A stretch of 25,496 nt of DNA from Armatimonadota bacterium (GTDB taxonomy: Bacteria; Armatimonadota; SYMT01): contig JBKBRF010000070.1 of the NCBI GenBank assembly GCA_046292385.1, positions 1 to 25,496 on the forward strand, in the 5' to 3' direction. A program made the position numbers and the translations under genes. The notes below the pieces were generated by a model. It did not search any database, had not been told where the DNA came from, and worked only from the letters and a program-made list of their open reading frames with translations. The stretch's first letter is position 1. Each line of letters opens with the position of its first letter. Positions 7,727 to 16,516 of this stretch are shown here, one piece after another.

Positions 7727-9082
7727 ATGAAGAAGTGTGTCCGCACCCTCGGCGTCGCCGGGGTGCTCCTGACGGCCTGCTCCGCTGGCCCCGTGCTGGC
7801 AGAGGACCCGGCTCCCATGCCGGCGGATAAGGGACAGCCCGCCGAGTCGCAGCCCGTCCCGCCCGCAAAGAGCCGCGAGCAGGAGATCGAAGACCTGAAG
7901 CGGGTCATAGAAGAGCTGCGGCGGCGCGTAGAGGAGCTGGAGAAGCAGCAGACTACGCCCACGCCTCCGCCCGTGGACCCGCAGCCGGATCCGGTCCCGC
8001 CCCCCGAGTCACCGTCCGGCCGCCCCACGCCTGGCGGCGGGGCGACCTTCCTCCCGAACATTAGCGTGATCGGGAACCTGGTCGGGGCGGCCGGCGACAC
8101 CAAGGGGATCGAGGGACGCGGACGCACCCACCTGCGGGAGCTGGAGGTCGCCTTCCAGGATGCCGTCGCTCCGAACCTCCGGTACGATGCCTTTCTGTCC
8201 GCGGAGAAGGAAGAGGACTGGAACGTGCACCTCGAGGAGGGGTACGTCACCGCGACCGGTCTGCTGAAGGGGCTCAACCTCCGGGCGGGCCGGATGCGGA
8301 GCCGCGTCGGGCGCTTCAACGCGCTCCATCCACACCAGTGGCTCTTCATCTCGCAGCCGTCGGCACACCGGGCGCTGGTTGGAGACCACGGGCTGATCAG
8401 CGACGGCGCCCTGCTGGAGTACCTCTTCCCCACGCGAGGCTTCTTCGCGGCGCTGGAAGTCGGCCGCTGGCAGAATGCCGTCCACGGCCACGGACACGAG
8501 GGCGAGGACGAGGGCCACGCCGAGGAAGAGCATGAAGCGGGGATCGTCCACGAAGAGGACCTCGGGTTCCGGGCGGGGCAGAACGGCGCCTACAGCGCGC
8601 GGCTGCTCTTCGCGAAGGAAGTGGGTCGAGACCGCGACCTGGAGATCGGTTTCAGCCGGTACTGGGGCACCGGCGAGGTAGAAGACTTCGGTCGCAAGCG
8701 TCAGGCGCTCAATGCCATCGACGTGAGCTACCGCGCCTACCCGGGCGCGTACCAGCGGCTCTGGCTCCTCGCGGAGCTGCTGGCGCATGAGACGCAAGGG
8801 ATCAATGGCGAGAGCAAGCTTCGTCCCGGCGCTTTCGCCATGCTCGCGTACCGGTGGAACCGGTACTGGGAGGCCGGGGTCCGGGCTGACTACACGAAGT
8901 ACCCGTTCCCGGTAGCCGGCAAAGAATACGGCGCCAGCCTCTTCCTGACCCGGTACCTGAACGAGCAGACCTCGCTGCGGTTCGAATACCGCCGCGCCCA
9001 GCTCCCCGAGTTCGGCGCCACCAACGCTGTCTACGTGCAGCTCCTCTTCGGATCGGGGCCGCACACGCATCCCATTCAGTAG
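7727..9082 (+). CDS. Putative outer-membrane beta-barrel metal uptake protein with a His/Glu-rich loop
   Basis: Signal peptide, coiled coil (EIEDLKRVIEELRRRVEELEK), Pro-rich linker, PNISVIGN, LEEGY, GRFNALHPH, loop HGHGHEGEDEGHAEEEH, amphipathic strands and C-terminal GPHTHPIQ. GGAG SD upstream. Confidence 0.75.
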   Translation: MKKCVRTLGVAGVLLTACSAGPVLAEDPAPMPADKGQPAESQPVPPAKSREQEIEDLKRVIEELRRRVEELEKQQTTPTPPPVDPQPDPVPPPESPSGRPTPGGGATFLPNISVIGNLVGAAGDTKGIEGRGRTHLRELEVAFQDAVAPNLRYDAFLSAEKEEDWNVHLEEGYVTATGLLKGLNLRAGRMRSRVGRFNALHPHQWLFISQPSAHRALVGDHGLISDGALLEYLFPTRGFFAALEVGRWQNAVHGHGHEGEDEGHAEEEHEAGIVHEEDLGFRAGQNGAYSARLLFAKEVGRDRDLEIGFSRYWGTGEVEDFGRKRQALNAIDVSYRAYPGAYQRLWLLAELLAHETQGINGESKLRPGAFAMLAYRWNRYWEAGVRADYTKYPFPVAGKEYGASLFLTRYLNEQTSLRFEYRRAQLPEFGATNAVYVQLLFGSGPHTHPIQ

Positions 9083-9104
9083 CCTTGCAGTTCCGGAGGC
9101 AGTC

Positions 9105-10022
9105 ATGAAGATCCAGAAGACTCTCAAGATCGCGGCGCTCGCCCTGGTGGCTCTCGCCGCGGGCGGCGCGCGTCCGGCAGCCGCCAAGGTCGACGTAGTG
9201 GCCGCCAACCAGGACCTGGCGTGGGTGGTACGGGCGGTCGGCGGTAACCAGGTGAGCGTGGACTACCTGGCCAGCAGCAACCAGGACCCGCACCTGATCG
9301 ATCCGCGGCCGAGCCAGGTGGTCAAGCTCGCCCGCGCCGATATGGCGGTGCGGATCGGCATGGACCTCGACCTGTGGTTCGACTCCCTGATCCGCGCCTC
9401 GGGAAACAGTAAGATCCTTCCCGGCAAGTCCGGCTACGTCGACGCCTCACGCGGGGTGAAGCCGCTGGAGGTGCCGCAGGGCAAGCTGGACCCCAGCCGG
9501 GGCGACCTTCACGTATTCGGAAATCCCCACTACTTCTTCGGCCCGTCCAACCTGATCGTGGTGGCCGAGAACGTGAAGGATGGCCTGCAGCGGGTGGATC
9601 CGTCGAACGGCAGCAGCTACCAGTCGAACTTCCAGTCGCTGATGTCGCGCCTCAACGACGCGATCAAGGGCTGGAAGGCCCAGCTCGCGGCGGACCGGGG
9701 GAAGAAGGTGGTGACCTACCACCGGTCGCTGGTCTACTTCCTGAACAACTTCGATCTGGTCCAGGCTGGCAACGTGGAGCCGCGGCCGGGTATCGAGCCG
9801 ACTCCCGGGCACGTCGCCCGGATGGCGAGCGAGATGAAGCAGGGCGGCGTGAAAGTGATCCTGACGGAGAGCTTCCGCCCCCGCCGCTACTCGGACCTCC
9901 TGGCCCGGCAGTCGGGCGGGGTGGTCGTCGCCATCCCGGGCGGAGTCGGCGCGGAGAAGGGCCTCGACGATTACTTCAAGTTCATGGACGCCGTGGTGAC
10001 TCGCGTCGCCGCGGCGCTCTAG
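9105..10022 (+). CDS. Metal (Zn/Mn) ABC transporter substrate-binding protein, ZnuA/TroA-like
   Basis: Signal peptide, DPH, GNPH, VTYH and PGIEPTPGH motifs. GGAGG SD. Followed by ATPase and permease genes. Confidence 0.92.
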   Translation: MKIQKTLKIAALALVALAAGGARPAAAKVDVVAANQDLAWVVRAVGGNQVSVDYLASSNQDPHLIDPRPSQVVKLARADMAVRIGMDLDLWFDSLIRASGNSKILPGKSGYVDASRGVKPLEVPQGKLDPSRGDLHVFGNPHYFFGPSNLIVVAENVKDGLQRVDPSNGSSYQSNFQSLMSRLNDAIKGWKAQLAADRGKKVVTYHRSLVYFLNNFDLVQAGNVEPRPGIEPTPGHVARMASEMKQGGVKVILTESFRPRRYSDLLARQSGGVVVAIPGGVGAEKGLDDYFKFMDAVVTRVAAAL

Positions 10023-10033
10023 CCGCCAGCTCC

Positions 10034-10066
10034 GCGGAGGTCCGCCAGCCCTCGGCGGGCCTCCGC
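10034..10066 (+). promoter_or_regulatory. 13-bp stem-loop after the substrate-binding protein gene (probable mRNA stabiliser or attenuator)
   Basis: GCGGAGGTCCGCC / GGCGGGCCTCCGC with one G-U pair and a 7-nt loop, between the SBP and ATPase genes. Confidence 0.55.
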
Positions 10067-10083
10067 TTCCCGATTCCCGATCC

Positions 10084-10896
10084 ATGCAGAGCGAACCCCT
10101 ACAAGACACGAGCCCGGCAGGACGCGGTGGAGGCGCTCTGCTGATCGACTTCGACCACGCCGACCTCGGCTACAGCCGCCGCGACGTGGTGCTGCGGGAG
10201 GTGGTGCTGCGGATCCGCCAGGGAGATTACCTGGGGATCGTGGGACCCAACGGCTCCGGAAAGACGACGCTGATCCGCACGCTCCTGGGACTGCTGCGGC
10301 CGGTTTCCGGGGCCGTGCGGATCGGTCACGAGCGCCCATTCCGCTTCGGCTACGTCCCGCAGCGGGAGACGGTCGACACGCTGTTCCCGATCCCGGTGGA
10401 GGAGATCGTCCTGATGGGCCGGTACGCCCGGGTGGGGATCATTCGTCAGCCGGGCCGGGCCGATCGGGAGATCGCCCGGGCGTGCCTGGACCAGGTCGGG
10501 ATCGGCGACCTCGCCCGGCGCAGTTACACGGAGCTCTCCGGCGGACAGCGGCAGCGCGTGCTGATTGCCCGGGCGCTCGCCACGGAGCCCGACGTGCTGG
10601 TACTGGACGAGCCGACGCACGGCATGGACCTGCCCAGCGAGCACGGGCTACTGGAACTGGTGCGGCGACTGCACGCCGAGCAGGGGCTGGCGGTGGTCCT
10701 CGTCTCGCACCTGCTGGGGAGCGTCGCCGAAAGCGCGCAGCGGATCGCGATCATCGCGCACGGACGGCTGGAGGAGGGTCCGCGAGAGGAGATGCTCTCG
10801 GCGGAGCGCCTGACCCGGCTCTACGGAATGCCGGTAGGGGTCTACATGGTGAACGGCCGCTGCGCGATCCTGCCGGGGAACGGGGGAGCGGCGTGA
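10084..10896 (+). CDS. Metal ABC transporter ATP-binding protein, ZnuC-like
   Basis: Walker A GPNGSGKT, GYVPQ, LSGGQ signature, Walker B VLVLDEP, H-loop VSH. Confidence 0.93.
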   Translation: MQSEPLQDTSPAGRGGGALLIDFDHADLGYSRRDVVLREVVLRIRQGDYLGIVGPNGSGKTTLIRTLLGLLRPVSGAVRIGHERPFRFGYVPQRETVDTLFPIPVEEIVLMGRYARVGIIRQPGRADREIARACLDQVGIGDLARRSYTELSGGQRQRVLIARALATEPDVLVLDEPTHGMDLPSEHGLLELVRRLHAEQGLAVVLVSHLLGSVAESAQRIAIIAHGRLEEGPREEMLSAERLTRLYGMPVGVYMVNGRCAILPGNGGAA

Positions 10897-11792
10897 GCGA
10901 AGTCTGGAGCCTGATGGGCGAGAAGTTCGTCCAGGACGCCCTCAAGGCGGCGCTCCTCGTGGCGTTGGTCTGCTCCTTCCTCGGGGTCTACGTGGTGCTG
11001 AAGCGGATCGTCTTCGTTGGCGCGGCACTGGCGGAAGTCGCCTCCCTGGGCGCCGCGCTGGCACTCTCCGCCCCGGCGGTCGCCGCGTTCGACTGGCTGG
11101 TGGCGCGCGCCGCCTGGATGGAGCCTCTGCAGCACTTCAAGCCGCTGGTGTTCGCGCTCGTGCTGATGCTCGCGGCGGTCGCCTTCTTCTCCCAGCAAAC
11201 CCTGAGCCGGCGGCTCCCGCGGGAGGCGGTGATCGGCGCGACCTTCGCCGGCGCCATCGGCCTGACCCTGCTGCTGCTGAGCAAGGTCGGCGCCCAGGGC
11301 CAGCACGAGATGGACGTGCTGACCGGCAACATCCTCGGGGTGGCGCCGGAGGAGTTGATCGAGCTGACGGTCGCGGCGATCGGGGTCGGCGCGATCCAGG
11401 CGCTCTTCTTCAAGGAGTTCGTGCTCGTCTCGTTCGACCCGGAAGTGGCGCGCACTCTCGGCTTCCGCTCCAGCCGCTGGGAGCTCCTCTGGTACGTCAG
11501 TCTCGGGGTGATGATCGCCGTCTCGATCCACGTCGCGGGCACCGTCCTCGTATTTGCCTACCTGGTGCTGCCGGCCGTCGGCGCCCTGCGGCTCTCCCGG
11601 CGGCTCGGCTTCGTCTTCCTGCTGGCGGTGCTGCTGGGGGTCGGCTGTACCTTGCTGGGGGTGCTGCTCTCCGTGAGTCCGCAGGTCGACACGCCGACGA
11701 GCCCCACCATCGTCGGCTGCCTGGCGGGCGCCGCGGTGCTCTGCTGGGCCATCGGCGCTCTCCTGCAGCGGCGGCCCGCGAGGACGAAGTGA
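10893..11792 (+). CDS. Metal ABC transporter permease, ZnuB-like
   Basis: LGVYVVLKRIVFVGAALAEVA, LTGNILGV, SFDPEVARTLG and multiple TM helices. GTG start in a GTGA overlap with the ATPase stop. Confidence 0.92.
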   Translation: MSEVWSLMGEKFVQDALKAALLVALVCSFLGVYVVLKRIVFVGAALAEVASLGAALALSAPAVAAFDWLVARAAWMEPLQHFKPLVFALVLMLAAVAFFSQQTLSRRLPREAVIGATFAGAIGLTLLLLSKVGAQGQHEMDVLTGNILGVAPEELIELTVAAIGVGAIQALFFKEFVLVSFDPEVARTLGFRSSRWELLWYVSLGVMIAVSIHVAGTVLVFAYLVLPAVGALRLSRRLGFVFLLAVLLGVGCTLLGVLLSVSPQVDTPTSPTIVGCLAGAAVLCWAIGALLQRRPARTK

Positions 11793-12928
11793 GCGGCGTG
11801 CCACCGCCTGCCCCGCTGGAGGAGGCGTTTCCGCCGGACCGGCGGGAGCGGATCCGGACGGAGCTGCTCGCTTGGTTCCAGCGGGAGCAGCGGGATCTCC
11901 CGTGGCGGCGCGATCCCTCTCCGTACGCGGTCTGGGTGTCGGAGATGATGCTCCAGCAGACGCAGGTCGCCACCGTCATCCCCTATTACGAGCGGTGGAT
12001 GGCGCGTTTCCCCACGCTGGAGAGCCTGGCCGCCGCGGACGAGCAGGAAGTGCTCCACGCCTGGCAGGGGCTCGGCTATTACTCCCGCGCGCGGAACCTG
12101 CTCCGCGGGGCCCGCGAGGTGGTGGAGCGGCTCGCCGGGGTGCTGCCCCGCGATCCCGCAGCGCTGCGGGCGCTGCCCGGAATCGGGCCCTACACCGCCG
12201 GCGCGATCGCCAGCATCGCCTACAACGTGCCCGCGCCGATCGTCGACGGCAACGTCATCCGGGTACTCACGCGGCTCGGCGCCCTCCGCGGCGACCCGCA
12301 GCGCGCGCCGCTGAAGCAGCAGCTCTGGCGCCTGGCGGAGCTGTTGGTCCCACGGGAGAGCGCGCGCGACTTCAACCCGGCCCTGATGGAGCTGGGCGCC
12401 ACCGTCTGCGTGCCGGTAAACCCCCGCTGCGGCCGGTGCCCCGTCGCGGCGGAGTGCGACGCCCGCCGCCTGGGGGTCGCGGCGGAGCTGCCCGAGACGG
12501 CGCCGCGCCCGGAGCCGACCCCGGTGAGAATGGCCGCCGCGGTGGTGAGGCGAGAAAACCGCCTGCTCCTCGTGCAGCTTCCCCCGGACGCGCCACGCTG
12601 GGCGGGGATGTGGCAGTTTCCTAACGTGGAGCTGGAGCCGGACGAACGCCCGGAGGCGGGCGCGGAGCGGGCGGCCCGACTGCGCGCCGGTGTCGCCGCG
12701 GTGCCGAAGCAGCGCCTGGCAGTGATCCGCCACGGCGTGACGCGCTTCCGGATCACGCTGGAGGCGTGGGAGTGCGAGGCGGCAGAGGGATCGCCGGAGC
12801 CCGGGGAGCTGGCTGCCTGGATCGCGCCGGAGCAGTTGGGGGACTATCCACTCCCGGCGGCTCATCGCCGGATTGCCGACCGCGTGTCGAAAGGAGCGGA
12901 CCAGCTTGAGCTCTTCACAGCCGGTTGA
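11789..12928 (+). CDS. mutY: A/G-specific adenine glycosylase
   Basis: RDLPWR, VWVSEMMLQQTQV, WQGLGYYSRARNL, HhH LPGIGPYTAGA, VDGNV, 4Fe-4S motif CxxxxxxCxxCxxxxxC and a C-terminal NUDIX-like domain. Confidence 0.97.
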   Translation: MSGVPPPAPLEEAFPPDRRERIRTELLAWFQREQRDLPWRRDPSPYAVWVSEMMLQQTQVATVIPYYERWMARFPTLESLAAADEQEVLHAWQGLGYYSRARNLLRGAREVVERLAGVLPRDPAALRALPGIGPYTAGAIASIAYNVPAPIVDGNVIRVLTRLGALRGDPQRAPLKQQLWRLAELLVPRESARDFNPALMELGATVCVPVNPRCGRCPVAAECDARRLGVAAELPETAPRPEPTPVRMAAAVVRRENRLLLVQLPPDAPRWAGMWQFPNVELEPDERPEAGAERAARLRAGVAAVPKQRLAVIRHGVTRFRITLEAWECEAAEGSPEPGELAAWIAPEQLGDYPLPAAHRRIADRVSKGADQLELFTAG

Positions 12929-13301
12929 GGTGGCGCTGGCGCTCATCTGGCGCGACGGCTGCCTGCTGGTGACGCGCCGCCCGCAGAACGTCCACCTCGG
13001 TGGGTTCTGGGAGTTTCCGGGCGGGAAGTGTCTCCCGGGAGAAGCTCCGGAAGCGTGCGCGGAGCGGGAGGCGCTGGAGGAAGTAGGAGTACGCTGCCGG
13101 GCGCGTGACCGCCGGTCACCGCTGCGTTTCACCTATCCGGAACGCAGCGTCGTGTTATATCCCATAGATTGCGACTACATTTGCGGACCTCCGCAGGCGC
13201 TGCAGGTGGCGGAGTGGAGATGGGTGCCGGCAGCGGAGCTGAAAGATCTCTCATTTCCCCCCGCGAATCAGCCACTCATGGATGAATTGGCAGGGTTCTG
13301 A
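12906..13301 (+). CDS. mutT: NUDIX hydrolase, MutT/NudG-like 8-oxo-dGTP diphosphatase
   Basis: HLGGFWEFPGGK and NUDIX box GEAPEACAEREALEEVG, FPPAN. TTG start at 12906 with AAGGAG at 12891..12896, overlapping the mutY end. Confidence 0.8.
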   Translation: MSSSQPVEVALALIWRDGCLLVTRRPQNVHLGGFWEFPGGKCLPGEAPEACAEREALEEVGVRCRARDRRSPLRFTYPERSVVLYPIDCDYICGPPQALQVAEWRWVPAAELKDLSFPPANQPLMDELAGF

Positions 13302-13458
13302 GGGCCACGGCACCGGCGTAATGCTTTCACCCTCGCTGTGATGCTATGCATTCGAATTCCATCACTAGAGGAGAAAATGCCGATAGAATCATTGGACTGG
13401 GCCGCGAGCAGGGAACAGTGTTATACGGATTGAACATCCGCTTCAGGAGGACGCGTCG

Positions 13459-13758
13459 GTGCCAGAATCAACAGGAAAACTCCAGCGGTCGCAGATCGCG
13501 CGCCGGTTACGGGAAGCGCGGCATTCGGCCCGGGAGGTGGTAGGGAGTATCCGGTTCTGCGTCGAGGACCCACACGTCGGGCTGCGCGAGATCGTGCGCT
13601 CGGCGGGGGCCGGCGACACCAGCCAGCTGCGCAAGGCGGCGCAGCGCTGCGACCATATCATGGACCACGTCCGCAAGCTCGAGCAGCATCTGGAGACGCT
13701 GCAGCGGCTCGAACAGGCCACGATGGGGGAAGAACCGGCGGAAGAAGAGACCGCCTGA
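13459..13758 (+). CDS. Small hypothetical helical/coiled-coil protein
   Basis: AGGAGG SD upstream of GTG13459, GC3-biased codons, its own AT-richer upstream region and a downstream terminator. No family recognised. Confidence 0.7.
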   Translation: MPESTGKLQRSQIARRLREARHSAREVVGSIRFCVEDPHVGLREIVRSAGAGDTSQLRKAAQRCDHIMDHVRKLEQHLETLQRLEQATMGEEPAEEETA

Positions 13759-13793
13759 TCGGCAACTAACCAAGCACGTACCGTCAAAGGGAG

Positions 13794-13834
13794 CCGGTCC
13801 GACGAGCGCGAAAGCGCCCGCGGACCGGTGTTTT
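13794..13834 (+). terminator. Intrinsic terminator-like hairpin
   Basis: CCGGTCCG...GCGC-GAAA-GCGC...CGGACCGG followed by TGTTTT, between convergent genes. Confidence 0.6.
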
Positions 13835-13838
13835 CCCG

Positions 13839-16166
13839 TCACTGCCCTTTTGCGGCGGCTCTACCTCGCGGCGCCGGCTCGGCCGCCAACTCCGCCACCA
13901 CCATGGAGTGGACCTCGAGCCGCGGCACCGTGACAGAAGTCCCCCGCGCCGCCCGGGTCAGCTTCAGCATCTTCCCCTCCGGCTGCGTTCGAATCCGGCT
14001 GATCCGGTACTTCGGATCGAAGGTGACCCGGATCCCGGCGATCGGAACCACTTCCTCTCGCAGCGGCACGTCGTCCGCCGGCAGCGCGTGGTGGGCGGTG
14101 GTGTTCAGGTTGTTGAACAGGTGGACCACCAGCCGCTCTCCCGCACCCCGCTTCTGCCGCATCACGGTGGAGTGGACGCACATCGGCGCCTCCACCTGCA
14201 CCGGCGGCGCCCCGGCCGCCGCCCAGTCGACGGCGTGCCGCAGCGCGAGGCGCTGGTAGGGGTAGGAGTAGAGGTAGTAGGCGGAATCGAGCCCCGCCGC
14301 GAAGTAGACGACCCGCCCCTTTCCGTGAGTGCGGGAGACCACGCCCGGAATCTCCGCTGCCGGGTCTGCCGACTTCGCGCGCAGCGTAGCGAGCACCTTC
14401 GCGGCGGGGTCTTTGCGGGACACGCGCACCGCGGCGCCCTTGAAGGTGACCGGATGCTCGCCCACGTAGGTCTTCATCCGCCCCTGGTTGAGAATCGACG
14501 CGGGATCCTGGCGCAAATCGAAGACGCTCTTGCGCTTCTCCCAGTAATCGGGGCCGATCGCCTGGGCGAAGTTAACGTCGATCTCTTCCATCCCGGCGGC
14601 GGTGTCCGGCAGGCCCGCATACTCCACTCCCAGGACCGAGCCGAGCGCGAAGCTTTTCCGCGGATTGCCGAACTCGTCGAAGAGGGAGGTGTCGAGACTC
14701 GCCACCAGTCCTCCTCCGCGCTTTACGAACTGCTCGATCGCCGAGACCTGCGCGTCGTCCAGGCAAGCGGTGTTCGGAAGGATCAGCACCCGGTACTTCG
14801 CCAGGTCGGCCGGGTTGAGATTCCAGTCGTTGATGACGGTGACCGGCAGGTGCTCCTCCACCGCCATTCGGAACGCGCCGAATACCGCGGACATATAGCG
14901 CTCTTCCACCAGCCCCGCGGCGCGGCCATAGAAGTTGCGGGTGTTGTCGCTCATCACCAGGGCAGCCCAGGGCTCCGGGCTCTTGTGCGTGAGCCACGGC
15001 TTCCGGCGCTGGACCTCGTCCATACAGCGGTACAGCTCCTGCTGCATGTTCGCCGGCTGACCTACCGCGATGCTGGGAGAGGCGCCGTAGGTGAGCGCCA
15101 GCATCATCCGCCGCAGGATCTCGTGCGGCGGGAAGCTGTCCTTTCCGTACGGGTTTCCGTGGCTCATCAAGTACGGCTCGCTGAAGGCGACCCGGTGGTT
15201 GGTGACCGCCCACATGTACGCGTTCGCGAAGGCGGGCACGATGGTGGCGCCGCGGTTCGTCTCGTCGAGCCAGAACTCCTGGTCCGGCGCGTCGAGCAGC
15301 AGGTTCATCCGCGCCGGCATGTTCCGCGGGATGCTGAGGAAGTGCCCGAACCGGCCCGCGTTGGTGGTCCACGTTACCAGCGCCACCTCCGGCTTGATCC
15401 CCTTGAGCCGGGTCTGCATCCGCTGGATCAATCCCTCCATACGGCGGTCCGCCCAGTGCTGATACCGGCGGAAGTCCGGGTTGTTCATGTCGACCGGCGG
15501 GATCTCCGCGCCGGCGTCATTCCGGTAATTCGCGCGGCAGTGCCGGCAGTAGCAGACGCCGCCGTAGTGCAGACCGTCGAACGTGAAGGCGTCGACCTGC
15601 GGGAACTTCGTCAGGATCTCGGCCAGGACGTCGATGAAGAAGTCGCCGTAGGGACCCAGCAGGCAGAGCATCCCGCCGTGCGGGTACTTCTGCATGTCGA
15701 TCTGCGGGATCTCGGTCGTGTCCGTGGGGATGCGGCGCCAGTCCGGGCGCGTCTCGTAGACCTCGCCCTGCAGACAGGGCGGATAAATCGCCAGGATCCG
15801 CACCCCGAGGCGCCGGTATTCCGCGATGTCCTGCTCGAGCTTGTCCGGCGGAACGTGGGGACTGCGCTTCTTGAGCAGCTTGCTGTCGTAATAGACGTAG
15901 AACGGATCGACGAACCCGAGCTCGCTCAGCGTGACGCCGTGTGCGGCTGCCGCCTCGCGCGCCTTGCTCTCCATGGCGGAGAGGGTGTAGCCGCAGCCGA
16001 CCGTCTCCTCCAGCCAGGCGGGGATCCGCACCTGCCGGAACGGGGCCGTATCGAACGGCTGCTTCATGATCTCCCGGTCCCAGATCCCCGCCGCCGGCTT
16101 CTGGGCGGAAACGGGCACCGCGAGCGCGGCGAGGAGCAGCAGGAACGGGAGCAGCAGGCGGCGCAT
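13839..16166 (-). CDS. Secreted glycoside hydrolase-like protein (TIM barrel plus GH42 trimerisation/GATase-like domain)
   Basis: Signal peptide MRRLLLPFLLLLAALAVPVSAQ, RPDW, VDAFTFDG, CYCRHC, and LAKYRVLILPNTACLDD...FVKRGGGLVAS typical of the beta-galactosidase trimerisation domain. Confidence 0.8.
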   Translation of the reverse strand: MRRLLLPFLLLLAALAVPVSAQKPAAGIWDREIMKQPFDTAPFRQVRIPAWLEETVGCGYTLSAMESKAREAAAAHGVTLSELGFVDPFYVYYDSKLLKKRSPHVPPDKLEQDIAEYRRLGVRILAIYPPCLQGEVYETRPDWRRIPTDTTEIPQIDMQKYPHGGMLCLLGPYGDFFIDVLAEILTKFPQVDAFTFDGLHYGGVCYCRHCRANYRNDAGAEIPPVDMNNPDFRRYQHWADRRMEGLIQRMQTRLKGIKPEVALVTWTTNAGRFGHFLSIPRNMPARMNLLLDAPDQEFWLDETNRGATIVPAFANAYMWAVTNHRVAFSEPYLMSHGNPYGKDSFPPHEILRRMMLALTYGASPSIAVGQPANMQQELYRCMDEVQRRKPWLTHKSPEPWAALVMSDNTRNFYGRAAGLVEERYMSAVFGAFRMAVEEHLPVTVINDWNLNPADLAKYRVLILPNTACLDDAQVSAIEQFVKRGGGLVASLDTSLFDEFGNPRKSFALGSVLGVEYAGLPDTAAGMEEIDVNFAQAIGPDYWEKRKSVFDLRQDPASILNQGRMKTYVGEHPVTFKGAAVRVSRKDPAAKVLATLRAKSADPAAEIPGVVSRTHGKGRVVYFAAGLDSAYYLYSYPYQRLALRHAVDWAAAGAPPVQVEAPMCVHSTVMRQKRGAGERLVVHLFNNLNTTAHHALPADDVPLREEVVPIAGIRVTFDPKYRISRIRTQPEGKMLKLTRAARGTSVTVPRLEVHSMVVAELAAEPAPRGRAAAKGQ

Positions 16167-16516
16167 GGGGGAGGTCTCCGGGGGCGTATCGACAGGCAAG
16201 CACCCATTTTGAAACCCGGGTCACTGGCCAGTTTGCGCTGCTTTTGTGGTAGCACCGCCCAAAAGGGTTCCAATACCACTGCCGCATGGCGGATGGTTGA
16301 CAGCGGTAGCGCCCACCGCTGACGGGGCCTCACCCCCGAACGGGGGAGGGCCGGGGGGAGGTTAGGCCGCGCCGAAGAGCCGCTCCTTATCGCCTTCTCG
16401 AGTCAATTCCAGAACAGGGACTAACCGCGGAGCCCGGAACAGGATGCCGGGGCGGCTTCACGGAATTTTCATCCGGGTGGCGCAAGCTGTAGGCGGGAAC
16501 GACGGGGGAGGCGGCG

